Below, piece after piece: positions 25,435-38,097 of a stretch of DNA of 64,000 nt (position 1 is its first letter; each line of letters starts with the position of its first letter). A program made the position numbers and the translations under genes. Below the pieces are notes generated by a model. The model did no database searches. It saw nothing but the letters and a program-made list of their open reading frames with translations, and was not told the origin of the DNA. Source of the stretch: Lama guanicoe (taxonomy: Eukaryota); NCBI GenBank assembly GCA_013239625.1, contig MU053365.1:1646115-1710114 (forward strand), written 5' to 3'.

Positions 25435-27466
25435 TGGGTGTATTGGGAGTGTTTAGTTGCAAACAGCAAACGTTTCCCTTAGCACTCTCTCGTCTGTGGG
25501 ACTAGCTCAGAGGCAAGTCCTAGGAACTGAAGGTCCTGGAGAAAGCTTCCCATTGAGTTTCGTCTTGAGTTCCTATCCCTTTTACCAAAGCAGTGTGACT
25601 GAAATGAGAACAAAACCTTTCAGCACTTTCATGGTGTTCCTCACTACTTGTAGGTTTTAGTTTTTTGGTACCTATATCCTACCCCAAACCCCCCAAATGG
25701 TAAAATGTTCTTACCCATTTCTCCCCTTCCCATTTTCAAGACTTTTCTTTAGACAATGGAAAATTACGTTCTGCTTCTCAGGTCCCTAGCCTGTTGAGGC
25801 TTACTTTTTTTTTCTCTTGGGTATTGAAGCACCTTATTTTTTCACAGGACTAGAAGATACCCATTCTTATAAAAATATGTTTAAATCTGGTCTAAGTCAT
25901 CACTTCATCAAGGATTGTACATAGCACCCAATTTTATTCTTTGGTATTATTTTATTTGGTTTATTTTAAAAATTAAGTATCTTTTGCTTTTCTGGAGAGG
26001 GGAGGCTTGGAGATGATAAGCATCATATGCCTGAGTGCCATTGTGTGAACTGGAGAAACATTTTAGGAATAAGAAACTAATTTCACGTTCTTATGTTGTA
26101 CAGAGGGAGGTGATCTAATGCCTCCCTCTAAGTTTGGTCAGGGAGTTGAATTAGAAACAACTCTTTGCAACATTTTGTGACAAATATAAGGAATAAATTG
26201 TATGGATACCCTACCTTAATCCTTTGGGAAATTGTAGTTAAGAAGAATAGAGATACATCTAGATCTGAAGCTGATATATGTTCCCATTTTTACTTAGTTA
26301 CATTTTTATGTGGGTTCAAACTAGAATAACATTCTTCTTGTTGTCTGACATTCAGGCCGTGGCAGTTTGGATCTCAACAAATAGAAAGCCCTCACTTTTC
26401 CCTGGCTTGCTAGAGAGGGAGGCCTACCTTTGACCCTGCCTCTTTCCTTTTACAGTGGATAATGGTAGCTATAAATCGGTACAAATTACTGAAGCCACCA
26501 TAATCTCATTGTTTATATATAAATAGTGGATAAATCTGTAGCTTTTTTGTTAAATCCTCTTCCTGGTGAATTAGATGACTAAGCCAGACCAACATATGAA
26601 TGTAAAGAAAGATTGAGGACATGGGTGGTGGAGACTGAGGTCAAATTTTCTGCTTAACAGTTCTCGAAGACCTTCAGAGTCTATAGATACTGGGAAAATT
26701 TCTTGTCTACTCTGTTTCATCTGATAATATTCCTATTATGAATAAAGAAGAAAGGGCTATGACCACACATAGCAGCCAACTTCAGGGCAAATGATGATTG
26801 GATGAATATAAATATTTTGAGTTTTCTATGTTTATGGATAATGTGGGACTTCCTACAGTTCTGTAAGCTGCAGACTTAACTCATTTTAGGCTAATGAAGC
26901 CAAGATAAGACCCTGAATTCAGGAGGGCTTGGGGAAATTCAGTTTAAGTGTTCCTGACTTCTTAACTTGCTTTCTATCCTCATTGTGAGTAACATGGACA
27001 GGTATGTGTTTTCACAAATTTTCCAATTCCCTAATCCATAAGCTTTTCCATAACCTGGTTTTCATGCTTTTAAAACAAGATTTTTTTTTTTGGTCTTGGA
27101 ATCTATTTGCCTCCTTCCTTCCATGTTATCTTAGAGTGTATGTCCAGGCCAGAAAAATATATACACTTGGAGGCCTGTGGCTCAGAATGGAAAGTTTAGA
27201 AAAAGATCCTCTCTGATAGAAGGCTGATAATTTCAGGGATGAGAGGAAGAACAGGGCATTTCTACACAGTAAGCCCATTTTCTTTCTTGGAAATCAATCC
27301 AGGTAAATTTTATATTTTGTTTCTTCTCTGGGGAAGGGGAAAGAAAAGAAATTTCTGCTTTCTACTTGTTGTCAACTACCAATTCCTCCCTCCTTGTCTC
27401 ACTTGGCATTTATGCACGATTTCTCTGCTTCTTTTGTGGTTCATTAAGGTTTGAAACTCCAAACAA

Positions 27467-28505
27467 GGGTGTATTTATTGTTCAATTGCTATATAGAAAA
27501 TTAATCCACATTAACAACTTAAAAATGCACACTTACTATCCCGTAGTTTCTGTGGGTCAGAAGTGTGTATGTAACTGGGTTCTCAGCTCAAGGTCTCTCT
27601 CACAAGACTGAAATAAAGGTCTCAACTGGAGTTGTGAAATCATCTGAGCTCAAGGTCCTCTTCCTAAACTGGCAAAATTTACTTTCTTTTACCCATAGAA
27701 CTAAGGCTCTCATTTTCTGGAGATCCCCTGCTGTTCCTTGCCATGTGGTGCTGTCTACAACATGGCAGTTTGCTTCTCAAGGCTGCTCTCTCTTGTCTCT
27801 TGTCTCTGTATCATCATTCATCATCTTCTTTTTCTTCTCGTCCTCCTTGTATTTCTTCCTCTTCCTCATCCTCTCCTTCCCCCTGTTCTTCCTCCTCCTT
27901 CTCCTCTTCTCTTCTTTCTCCTCCTCCTTCACCTCCTTCTACCTCCTCTTCTCCTTCTTCTTCTCCCTCTTCTCATTCTCCCTCTTATTCAAGCCAACAC
28001 CTCAATTGTTTCCAACAAGGCTGGGAAAAACATTCAGACAACTCATTAGATCCTTTCATCTAAAAGGAAGTGGAAAGGGGAGGATTAGACACAAATATTT
28101 ACTCTGGTGAAAATCCAGACATGTATTTTCAAGCTAAAGACATTGATAACATATTGGCAAGTTCTTGTCCCCACTTACGTGAACCATACCAGCTACCCAG
28201 AATATCCTAGTGGTAATGAATATGTTCAGAGAGAGATGATAGTGAGAAGATACTATATCCTATTTTAAAGAGCTTACTTAATTAGATCAGGTTCCCTCAG
28301 GATAATCTACCTTTAGAGTACATCACTTCAAAAGATTAATAACCTTAATTACATCTGTAACATCCATTTTGCTATAAAACATAACATAATCAAGTGAATG
28401 ATAACCCATAAAATTAAAAAGCCCTGCTCACACAGAAAGGGAGAAACTTATGCAGGGCATGTCCATGGGGATTCATCTTGTGGAGACCAAGAATTCTGCC
28501 TTCCA
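27467..28505 (-). mobile_element. MLT1-type MaLR LTR pieces split by a pyrimidine low-complexity tract
   Basis: acttactatcccgtagtttctgtgggtcag..caagactgaaataaaggtc and aaccttaattacatctgtaacatccattttgc motifs. Confidence 0.6.
27810..27988. repeat. (CTT/CCT)n degenerate trinucleotide tract
   Basis: Seen directly; it explains the Ser/Leu/Phe-rich spurious ORFs here. Confidence 0.9.
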
Positions 28506-28874
28506 CTAAGGGACGTGGAAATTTGAGGTTGAAGTTTAGGATGTAAAAGGATGTGGCGGGTGTACTGAGGTGAACTTCAACTTTGGAGGAAAACAAATCA
28601 TATATAAACCATAATTTGTAATGACTTTAAATTCAATATTCATCATTCATTCATAGATGAGGCTATATCTTATCCAAGTGAGAGAAGAAAGGATCATTCT
28701 CTCTCAGCCTGAAAACCTGCAAATCAAGCGTGCAGCAGGTGAGGGGATACTAATGCAGGGAGAGATGCAAGAAGGAGGGCATTGGAGTGGGTGTTTCTTA
28801 TACCTTTTTTATAAATCCTGGGGGCCACACATGGCAGCATCAGGTGACTATGAAAGTAGCATGGCTGGGAAGAT

Positions 28875-29011
28875 CTGGGCAGTCACCGCATTTAACCATA
28901 CTTTGTGAAGTGCCCCACTCCAAAGAGTGCCATTCAAGTATACTAAAATATGATTGGCACTTTTTTGAGTGTCGTAATTCACAACATGTACAACCACATG
29001 TGGTGGCCCTG
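28875..29011 (+). ncRNA. miR-506-family hairpin, unassigned (5p 28916-28936, 3p 28951-28972)
   Basis: CACTCCAAAGAGTGCCATTCA pairs with TGATTGGCACTTTTTTGAGTG (2 mismatches, 1 G:U). The lower stem is ttgtgaa/ttcacaa, and the element ends with tggtggccctg. Confidence 0.8.
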
Positions 29012-29699
29012 TGGGAAGATGGTGTGGTTGTCTGTGCACAGCTGCACTCACTTTGGCCAAATCACTAATCTCTCAAAAGACTCAAGTGCTGCTGAAAAGA
29101 CTAGACCTAGGATCTGACGGCACTTGGAAAATCTTCCCATCCAGGTTCTTCAAACATTTACATATGTTTGTCCAAAAAGGACCTGAGACATTGGAACAAG
29201 ATCTGGGTTTGGCCCATCATTCTCTTTCATCCTTTTCTCTCTTCTGTACTAATGCCACTTCTCTTCTAAAGAACCTAGAAGCTCCTTCTTCTTTAATATC
29301 CTCTATATCACTATATCAGCAGCAGTTCAGATGGGACCAGAACTTTTCATTCAGTTAGTCTCTTTGCACATTTTATTTTAATTTTTTGTTTAGTTAATGT
29401 GAAATATAAAGATTTGTTGAAGTGGTGAGAGCTTTCACTTTTCATGCCTTTAGAACTAAAGACATATTGCATAGACTTTTCTCTCTGTTCTTAATGGATC
29501 CTATCTTAATCCAGCTTCTTCAAAGAGAGACTAACAGAGAAAAACAGAGAAAGGTAAAAGATGGCAAACATCACAGCCCTTGGGACCATTTCAGTACTGC
29601 AGCAATTCTTGGGAAACACTTTGTATATTGTACATTTTATGATAGAGAGTTAGTATACCCTGATTCCCCCAGCCTTTGAATCGTTGGCAACTGATGTTT

Positions 29700-30910
29700 G
29701 TCAATATTGCTCTCTGTCTCCAAACAGCCACTTATCTCACTTCACCTCATATCACACATATTAATTAGCTTTTACAAATATATTCAATAATGTGGTTAAC
29801 ACCCACACATTTCTATCAGCCTCCAAAATCCTTCCTGTCCATTTGCAGTTAATCCCTTTCCCTCACTTTTGGACTCTGGAAACAATGAATCTGCATTCTG
29901 TCATTGTAGTTTTGTGTTTTCATAATCTTGGATAAGTGAAATCATACAGAATATGTTAGGCTACTTTCACTTAGCATAATGCACTTAGTAGCCCTGAAGT
30001 TGTTGTGTGTGCTTCTTTTTATTGCTAAGTAGTATTCCATGGTATGGATGTACCACAGTGTTTTGTTTTGTTTTTTTCCCATTTAGCTATTGAAGGACAT
30101 ATGAGTTGTTCCTAATTTGGGGCAATTAAGAATATAACTGCTATAAGTAAGTATATCTTTTTGTGTAAACACAAATTTTAATTTCTCTAGAGTAAATATC
30201 TAGGAGTGGGATCACTGAGCCATATGTGAATGTTTAACTTATAAGAAGCTGCTAAACATTTAAAGTCAATGTACCATTTTGAACTACTGCCAGAAATGTG
30301 TGATATCTCCAGTTGATCCACATCCTACTTCTTAATTCTTATGAGGATCTATTTCTGGGCTCTCTGTTCTATACCATTGATCTATTTCTCTATTCTTTCA
30401 CTAATACTCTGATTACTGTAGCTTTATAGTAAGTGTTGACATCAGACAGTGTTAGTCTTCCAACTTTATATCTATTTTTAAAATTGGTTTGGCTATTCTG
30501 GCTCTTTTGTACTTCCTTATAAATTTTAGAATCAAATTGTTGATATTTATAAAAATTCCTGATGAGATTTTTGATTAGTTTTAAGTTGAATTCATTGATC
30601 CATGTAGAAAGATTTGACATCTTACAACACTAACTCTTCCAATCCATGAGCACAATATGTCTCCATTTGTTTATAGCTACATTTATAATTTTCACTCTAC
30701 ACTAAATGGTGCTATTTTTAAATGTTTAAATCAAAGTTGTTCATTCCTAGTAGATCGAAATGTCATTTATAGTTTGCTGCCCATGTCTCAGGGATCATTG
30801 TCCTTCACTGCCTGATTTCTGGTATCTTATAAACTGTTTCCTACATTTTGGCAGTTTTTCCATTGTTTCAGGTGGGAGGATAAATTTGTTCCCGTAATAT
30901 CGTCTTGGCA
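29700..30910 (-). mobile_element. Old L1M fragments
   Basis: Reverse L1 3'UTR; ORF 30390..30620(-) contains GRLTLSDVNTYYKATVI, matching the L1 ORF2 GGLTLPDFKxYYKATVI motif. Confidence 0.8.
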
Positions 30911-32029
30911 AAACACACACAAATAGGTGGTGGCCCTAAGACTGGCAGGTGTTTATCAGCATTCAGAGAGCTCCTTTCTTTAGAGCCTAGGTACTCTTCC
31001 CCCACTTCAATACTGGGCTACTTCAGAAAACTTTCTTAAGTACCTCCTAAGGTTAAAACCTACAGGCTAAGATTCCATGGGAGAAGCTTCCCACATAGGT
31101 TATTCAGTGATTTAAATTCCTTTGTCTGAAAGTGGCCTGACCAAATGGAAAGAAGACTTGCTAGAATAGCATAACCTTTCTTTCTGTCTTATCACTCTTT
31201 TGCCACTCTGTAGAACCCAATTTTCTCCTTCTCCCCAAACTCTTAACTTTTTTTTTTAACCTATCAATTCCCTTCACTGTTTTCAAAACTTTTTCTTTGT
31301 TACTCTCTAAATTCTCTCCTGCTTCTCAGTTTCCCCACAGTTGGACCAAAACATTATTGAATCTCAGAAACTGAAACCACTTTTTTCTTCATGGACCTAA
31401 ATATTTCCATTCTTTTAGATATACTTTTAAATTATAGATGATATTATCAAATGATCCAAAATTTCCCTCTTTAGACTCTTGTCATTTTTTCCCCTCAAAT
31501 GTATATGTGAAGGGAGAAGGGCAAGAAGGAACCAGTGCTCAGATAGCCTTCTATGATGAAATATTAAGTTGGTTTTTATATCCCACTTTTGATGTCTCTT
31601 CTTAACCTAGCTGGGGAGAGAGCTTCAGAGAGTGAGAGAGTGCTGTCAGCCTTGGGAGTGGAGCAGTGCATGGAAATCAAGCTGTACATTTTATATCTCT
31701 ACATAGGGGCTTCCGGATTCTCCTCTCTTTTAATCCACACTAGAGATTGACTTGACAACTTCTTTTTAGGGAAATTTGCTGCCTACCTTAAACAGAGGAA
31801 TTTAGGTTAAAGGGGAAAGAAGAGGAAAACTCCTCTATTTTATCTATTAGCATTGCTAACTCTGAACAGCATGTGTGTACTTAGGATGGTTTTACTTTGT
31901 ATTGAGGATGTGTGATTTTTTTTTCTTAATTATTTCTTGTTTTAGTTTGGTTTTTTTTTTTTTTGTCGAGGTGCTTATATTTTTCTGGGTGTTATATATT
32001 TGGGATTTTGGGAGGGGAATTTTTGAAAA

Positions 32030-32600
32030 TTGTGGTTAAATATATATAACAAATTTTAACCCTTTTTAAGAGTACAATTCATTGGGATTAAGTACATTCG
32101 CATTGCTGTGCAACCATCACCACCATCCAGATCCAGAACTTTTTCATCTACCCAAACTAAAACTGTGTTCCCATTAAACAGTAACTCTCTGTTGACCCCT
32201 TACCCCTAGCCATTGATAACTTTATTCTACTTTCTGTCTCTATGAATTTACCTATTCTAGGTACGTCATATAATTAGAATAATACATTGTCTCTTTGTGA
32301 TTGGCATACTTTGCTTGGCATAATGTCTTCAAGGTTTATCCATGTTATAGCATGTGTTAGAATTTCATTCCTTTTAAAGGCTGAATAATATTCCATTGTA
32401 TTGTATACCATGTCTCGTATATACATTCATCCACCAATGGACATCTGGGATATTTCCACCTTTTGGCTATTGTGAATAATAATGCTGCTATGAATGTTGA
32501 TGTACAAATATTTGTTCCAGTCTGTTTTCAGTTGTTTTGAGTATATATCCAGAAGTGGAATCGCTGGATCATATGGTAATCTTATTTTCATTTTCTTGAA
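32030..32600 (-). mobile_element. L1M 3' end
   Basis: ORF 32427..32612(-) contains LPYDPAIPLLDIY; typical reverse 3'UTR. Confidence 0.85.
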
Positions 32601-32703
32601 GAAAGGGGACACTCACTCAGGAAGGGTGGGAGAAGGACAGTGAGGCAGTCAGTCACATGCTGGAAATTCAACATTGGATGCAAATCACATGTGTGTATAT
32701 GGG

Positions 32704-32831
32704 CAGGGCCACCAACTTCAGCTGAGTGTAGTGCCCTACTCCAGAGAGTGTCATTCACATACACTACAACATGATTGTCACTTTTTGGAGTAGAGTAATG
32801 CACATCATATGTGAAATATGTGGTGGCTCTG
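32704..32831 (+). ncRNA. MIR508: miR-508 orthologue (5p 32737-32757, 3p 32772-32794)
   Basis: cttcagctgagtgtagtgccctactccagag..catgattgtcactttttggagtagagtaatgcacatca is near-identical to recalled hsa-mir-508. The arms pair with 2 U:U mismatches. The termini cagggccacca / tggtggctctg are inverted repeats (10 of 11 match). Confidence 0.9.
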
Positions 32832-34069
32832 GAGGTGAGTATATGTGTATAGCTGCATATGCATAGCTGCCCTCCCTTGAGTCCAAGAAGCATCTCCCTT
32901 TGCTAGGCTACTTCAATTGACTCTCATAAGCAGGTTTAAGTAAGGCTTAGGGACTGAGGGCTCCTTGGAAAAGTCACCCATGGAGTTTTTCCAAGGATTT
33001 GTATATCCTTGTCCAAAGGAGATGTGCCTACATGGGTGTAAAATTTGTAGTGAGGACGTGGCTTTCCCTCTGTGCGTTCAGAGCTTCTACTGTTTGCAGA
33101 ACCCAAGTACTTTTTACGCCCCTCCAAACCTCTAATCTGTTCTTTCCTAGCTGCATTCTTTATAGTTCCCAAGCTTTTCCCTTTTACTTTGGGGCTTTTC
33201 AAATTCCTTCCTGCTTTCCTTCCATATCCCAAAGCTCTTTACTCTCAAGATTGAAGATAAGTTGTTCCTCAGGGATTTGGATGCACTTCATTACTTGGAA
33301 AACTTTCTTCTAAAGCATATGTACGTCAATATGTTCATATATTTAAGTATTTATTTTAAATTCATGTTTTTGTATAGCTATATCAATTCTTTTGGAATTC
33401 ACCATAACCATAGGGGTTAAGAAGATGCCTAGAACATTTAATTTGGTAGTTCCTTTTACTCTATTTAACATTTTGATTTTTGAATTCTGTGAAAGGATGA
33501 AGAGAAGGAAAGGTACTCATCTCAGACCTCCTGAGAATGAGAATGACACTTTGTCTTTTCCCTTTCATATTCCTTGAGGTGTTCCTTCTTAGCCAGAGTC
33601 TTTGCAAAGAAAGAAAAATCAAGAATCAGAGAAGATAGATGACATCAGACCCCCGGAGACCTTCTTCAGGACTGGAGCAGTGACTGAGAAGCAGGTTGAA
33701 TACACTATTGTTCTGGGAAATGGGAGTGGGGAACTGTCATCCTGATGCCCCCTCCCAGATGAGCTCATATAACCCACATCACATTAGTGCATTGAACGGA
33801 CAAGTAGAAATTTCTAGAATTTTGCCGTCATTTCAAATCAGTTACATGTATTACCCCACTACAAATCTTGGGGGAAATTTATAGTGTGACCAAGAGGAAA
33901 GGAATTCCTCCATTTTATGTCCCAGTATTACTACATTACTACCTATGTACAATCAATGCCTACTGCTTAAAAGGTGTGTTACCCTCTCATGAGCTCTATA
34001 GATTTCCCTGAGCAGAAACTCTTACATCCCCAGATTTGTCCCAGTCAGTGACAGTGATGCTATTGTAGA

Positions 34070-35180
34070 TTGTTCTTAGATTGGATTGTGTGCTTATTTT
34101 TGAGAAGGTGTGAGAGTTTATGAGTGTGTGTTGGTGTTCATGAATTCATTATTTTGTTCATGTACATATTATATTGTTTGAATTTGGTTAGAGCTTTCAG
34201 ATTGTTTTTGCTTAGTAATATTTTTTATTTAGACTTTGGTACCCGATTTTTTATTTATTTTTGTGATTATTCTGTTTCTTATGCTTTCATTTGCAGTCTG
34301 TGTGCAAAGTTAGTGTTTTTTGTTTCTGTTTCAGTATGCATGGCATTTTGGGTTGGTATTATTTGTATGCTTGAAGGAATTTTTTTTTTTGCTAGAATTT
34401 TGACTTGCTTAGTGAATGTTTTAATTTTGGTTTTGTTGGGTGTGTTATTTTTTAATTATTTGTTTTGGGTTCAAGTCTGGGTTTCTTTGGTTTTGATTTG
34501 TTTATGTGTTTTGATTTATTATGAGATGTGCTTTGGAGTTTTAGTTGCGGTTTTGTGTATGTGTGTGTTTATTGTGTGCATTTTCTTTGTGTTTTGAGAT
34601 TTTTAAATTTGTATGATTTTTTAAATGGATCTTGCTATTTTTCCCTTTAATATTTGTGGGTGAGTTCTTTAAGTTTTGTTTTGTGGGTGTTTACCTGTGT
34701 GTGTTGTATTTCAGTTTGGTTTGTGCAAGTTCATTTGGGTTTTGTATGTTTTGCCTCAGTGTCTATATATGCTTGAATGGTTTGGTATTTGCAGTATGTT
34801 TTTTCATTGATATATTCATGTATTGTTTTTGTTTGAACCTTGTTGTAGTTGTTTTATTTATTTTTTTAAATCCTATTTATTGAGCTTGACTTATATAGAG
34901 GATTGTTGGTAGGGATTTTTTCAAAAATCTTATTGATTTTGGTTTATTACTGATTTATTTGTGCCATGTTTTTCTGACTGATTTTTTTATTGTTTATAAA
35001 GGTTTTGGTACATTGGGGTATGAGTTGTTTGGAGGGACGGACTATTTGTGTAGTTGTTTGTTGATTATTTTTTAGCTTATTTTAAGTATTTCTTTTTTGA
35101 ATTGTGTGTATGAGTGTGTATTTTTAATTTGGGGCTTTTTATATTAAGGGATGACTTTATTTTGGGAGATGACTTAATTT
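34070..35180 (+). repeat. Long G/T-rich, C-depleted low-complexity tract
   Basis: Seen directly; no exact tandem unit. Confidence 0.85.
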
Positions 35181-35199
35181 TATTCCATTCCTCTTCATT

Positions 35200-36290
35200 T
35201 CCATTTAAAAAGCATTATTAAAGTATATTTGGCATAATTTAAAGTCTGCAATTTGATACATTCTGCATGTTTATACACCTGTGAAATCATTGCCACAATC
35301 AAAATATGGAACTTTGTCCATTTTCTCCAAAAGATTCCTCCTGCCCCTTGGTGATCCCTCATTCCTTCCCCTCCTCTTACCACTACATGCCAAGGCAACC
35401 ACTCATCTGCATTTAGTCACTACAGATTAGGTTTTATTTTCCAGATTTTTATCAAAATGGAGTCATAGAGTATGTAATCTTTTTTGTCTACTTTATTTCC
35501 CTCAGCATAATTATTTTGAAATTCATACATACTGTTATTGAATCAATAATTCATTTATTTTTATACCTGAATAGTATTCCATTGTGTGGATATACCACAG
35601 GTTTTTTTTTTCCTTAATGCATTCACCTGTTGATTATCATCTGTCTCCAGTTTGGAATGTTTTGGACTTTAACTCTTAGAAATAAAGTAGCTATGAGCTT
35701 CGTGTACAAGTATCTGTATGGAAATATGCTTTAATTCTCTTTGAAAGGCTGGATCATATAATGCAGTAGTCATATAGCTTTCTTTTTAAGAAACTAACAA
35801 CCTGCTTTCCAAAGTGTTTGTACTGTTTTACATTCCTACTACCAGTTTACAAGAGTTTCAGTTGCTCTGCATCTTTGCTGATACTTTTTACTGCTAATCA
35901 TTTTAATTTCAGACATTCAAACAGATGTGTCCTGGTGTTTTTGTTGTGGTCTCAATTTGCATTTCCCTATTTACTAATAATGTAGAACATCTCTTCATGT
36001 GATTAATCCCCATCCCTATACCTATTTTGGTGAAGTGCCTATTTAAATCTTTTATCAGTTTTTAATTTTTTGACTTCTTATTAATGAATATTGAGAGTTC
36101 TTTATAACTGAGTACAAGTTCCTTATCATATATATGATTTGCGAATATTTCTCCCATTCTGTACTATGAGGTCTTTTTATTCTTTTCAACAATATCTTTC
36201 AAATAGCAGAAGAACTTAATTTGGATGAGGTCCAATTTTTCAATTTTTTCTTTTATGGCTCATGCCTTTGATCTAAGAATTATTTCCCCA
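35200..36290 (-). mobile_element. Old L1M 3' region
   Basis: Reverse L1 3'UTR/ORF2 motifs. Confidence 0.8.
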
Positions 36291-36309
36291 ATCAAAATTG
36301 GCAAAATTG

Positions 36310-36452
36310 AAGAGGACCTTTACCAGAACTCAACCATGCTGGCTCCCTGATCTCAGACCTCCAGCCTCCAGAACTGTGAGCAATAATTTCTGTTGTTTAG
36401 AAGCTACCCAGTCTATGGTACTTTGTTAAAGAAGTCTGAGTGGACTAATACA
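36310..36452 (+). mobile_element. MLT1 LTR 3' fragment
   Basis: ctgatctcagacctccagcctccagaactgtgagcaataatttctgttgttt..ctaataca. Confidence 0.8.
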
Positions 36453-36519
36453 AATGAGATGGGTAAGAACTCTGCAACCTCTGTCTTTAGGTGTCCAGTG
36501 AGAAGGTCAGGGCTGTGAT

Positions 36520-37915
36520 GAGAGTGGTAGAATTCATCTGTGAAATCACCTGGTCCTGGACTTTGCTGGAATTTTTTAAATTACTGATTCAATTTCAGTA
36601 CTGGTAATTGGGCTGTTCATATTTTCTATTTCTTCCTAGTTCAGTCTTGGGAGATTGTACCTGTCTAGAATTTGTCCATTTCTTCTAGGTTGTCCATTTT
36701 ATTGGTGTATAGTTGCTTGTAGTAGCTTCTTATGATCCTTTGTATTTCTGTGATGTGGATTGTAACTTCTCTTTTTTCATATCTGATTTTATTGATTTGG
36801 ACCCTCTCCCTTTTTCTTTTGTTGAGTCTGGCTAAAATTTATCAATTTTGTTTATCTTTTCAAAGAACCAGCTTTTAGTTTCATCGATCTTTTCTATTGT
36901 GTTTTTAGCCTCTTTTTCATTTATTTCTGGCCTGATCCTTATGATTTCTTTCCTTCTACTAATTTTGGGTTTTGTTTGTTCTTCTTTCCCTGGTTGCGTT
37001 AGCTGTAAGGTTAGGCTTATTTGAGATTTTTCTTGTTTCCTGAGGTAAGCTTGTATTGTTATAAACTTCCCTGTTAGAACTGCTTTTGCTGTGTCCCATA
37101 GGTTTTGGATCATCATGTTTTCATTTTCATTTGTCTCTAGGTATTTTTTTTATTTCCTCTTTGATTTCTTCAGTGATCCATCGGTTGTTTAGTAGCATAT
37201 TGTTTAGCCTTCATGTATTTCTGTTTTTTTGCAGTTTTTTTCTTGTAGTGGATTTCTAGCCTCATAGCATCATGGTCAGAAAAGATGTATGCTATGCTTT
37301 CAGTTTTCTTAAATTTACTTAGGCTTGTTCTGTGGCCTAACATGTGATCTACCCAGGTGAATGTTCCGTGTGCACTTGAGAAGAATATGTGTTCTACTGC
37401 TTTTGAGTGGAATGCTCTATAAATGTCATTTATGTCCATCTGGTCTAACGTGTCATTTAAAGTCTGTGTTTCCTTGTTGATTTTCTGTCTGGATGTTCTG
37501 TTCATTGATATAAGTGGTGTATTATGGTTCCCCATTATTATTGTGTTACTGTCGATTTCTCCTTTTATGTCTGTTAACAGTTGCCTTATATATTGAGATC
37601 CTCCTATGTTAGGTGTATATATATTTTTACAACTGTTGTATCTTCTTCTTGGATTGATCCTTTGATCATTATGTAGTGTCCTTCCTTGTCTCTTGTAACA
37701 GTCTTTATTTTAAAGTTTATTTTGTCTGATATAAGTATTGCTACTCTAGCTTCCTTTTGATTTCCATTTGTGTGGAATACCTTTTTCCATCTCCTTGGTT
37801 TCAGTCTGTGTGTGTCTCTAGATCTGAAGTGAGTCTCTTGTAAGTGACATATACATGAGTCCTGTTTGTTTTCATCTATTAAGCCATTCTATGTCTTTTG
37901 ATTTGAGCATTTATT
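36520..37915 (-). mobile_element. L1 ORF2 endonuclease region (frameshifted)
   Basis: ORFs 37170..37535 (FFSSAHGTFTWVDHMLGH..FSDHDAMRLEI) and 36832..37116 (NLWDTAKAVLTGKFI..KSWFFEKINKID). Confidence 0.95.
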
Positions 37916-38097
37916 TTTAGAAATTCTTTATCCTAAACTTCATTCTGAGTTTACACAGTTGCATATTGTCATAAGAGTTGAAAACACCTGGAGAAACAGA
38001 ATGGGAAGGTGGTGAAAACGCTCTCAGCAAACAGATCTCATATGAAAGCTTAAAGGTATGAGAGGTTGAATGAAAGCTGCATGAGGCATATCTTGAG

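Noticed and set aside
27565..28110. Long overlapping ORFs (181, 103, 106 aa)
   Set aside because: They cross a (CTT/CCT)n tract and LTR sequence and are open in all frames because of composition.
34124..34883. Hydrophobic 157-aa and 83-aa ORFs that look like membrane proteins
   Set aside because: By-product of the G/T-rich tract (Phe/Val/Cys/Leu codons, few stops); non-ATG starts and no family motif.
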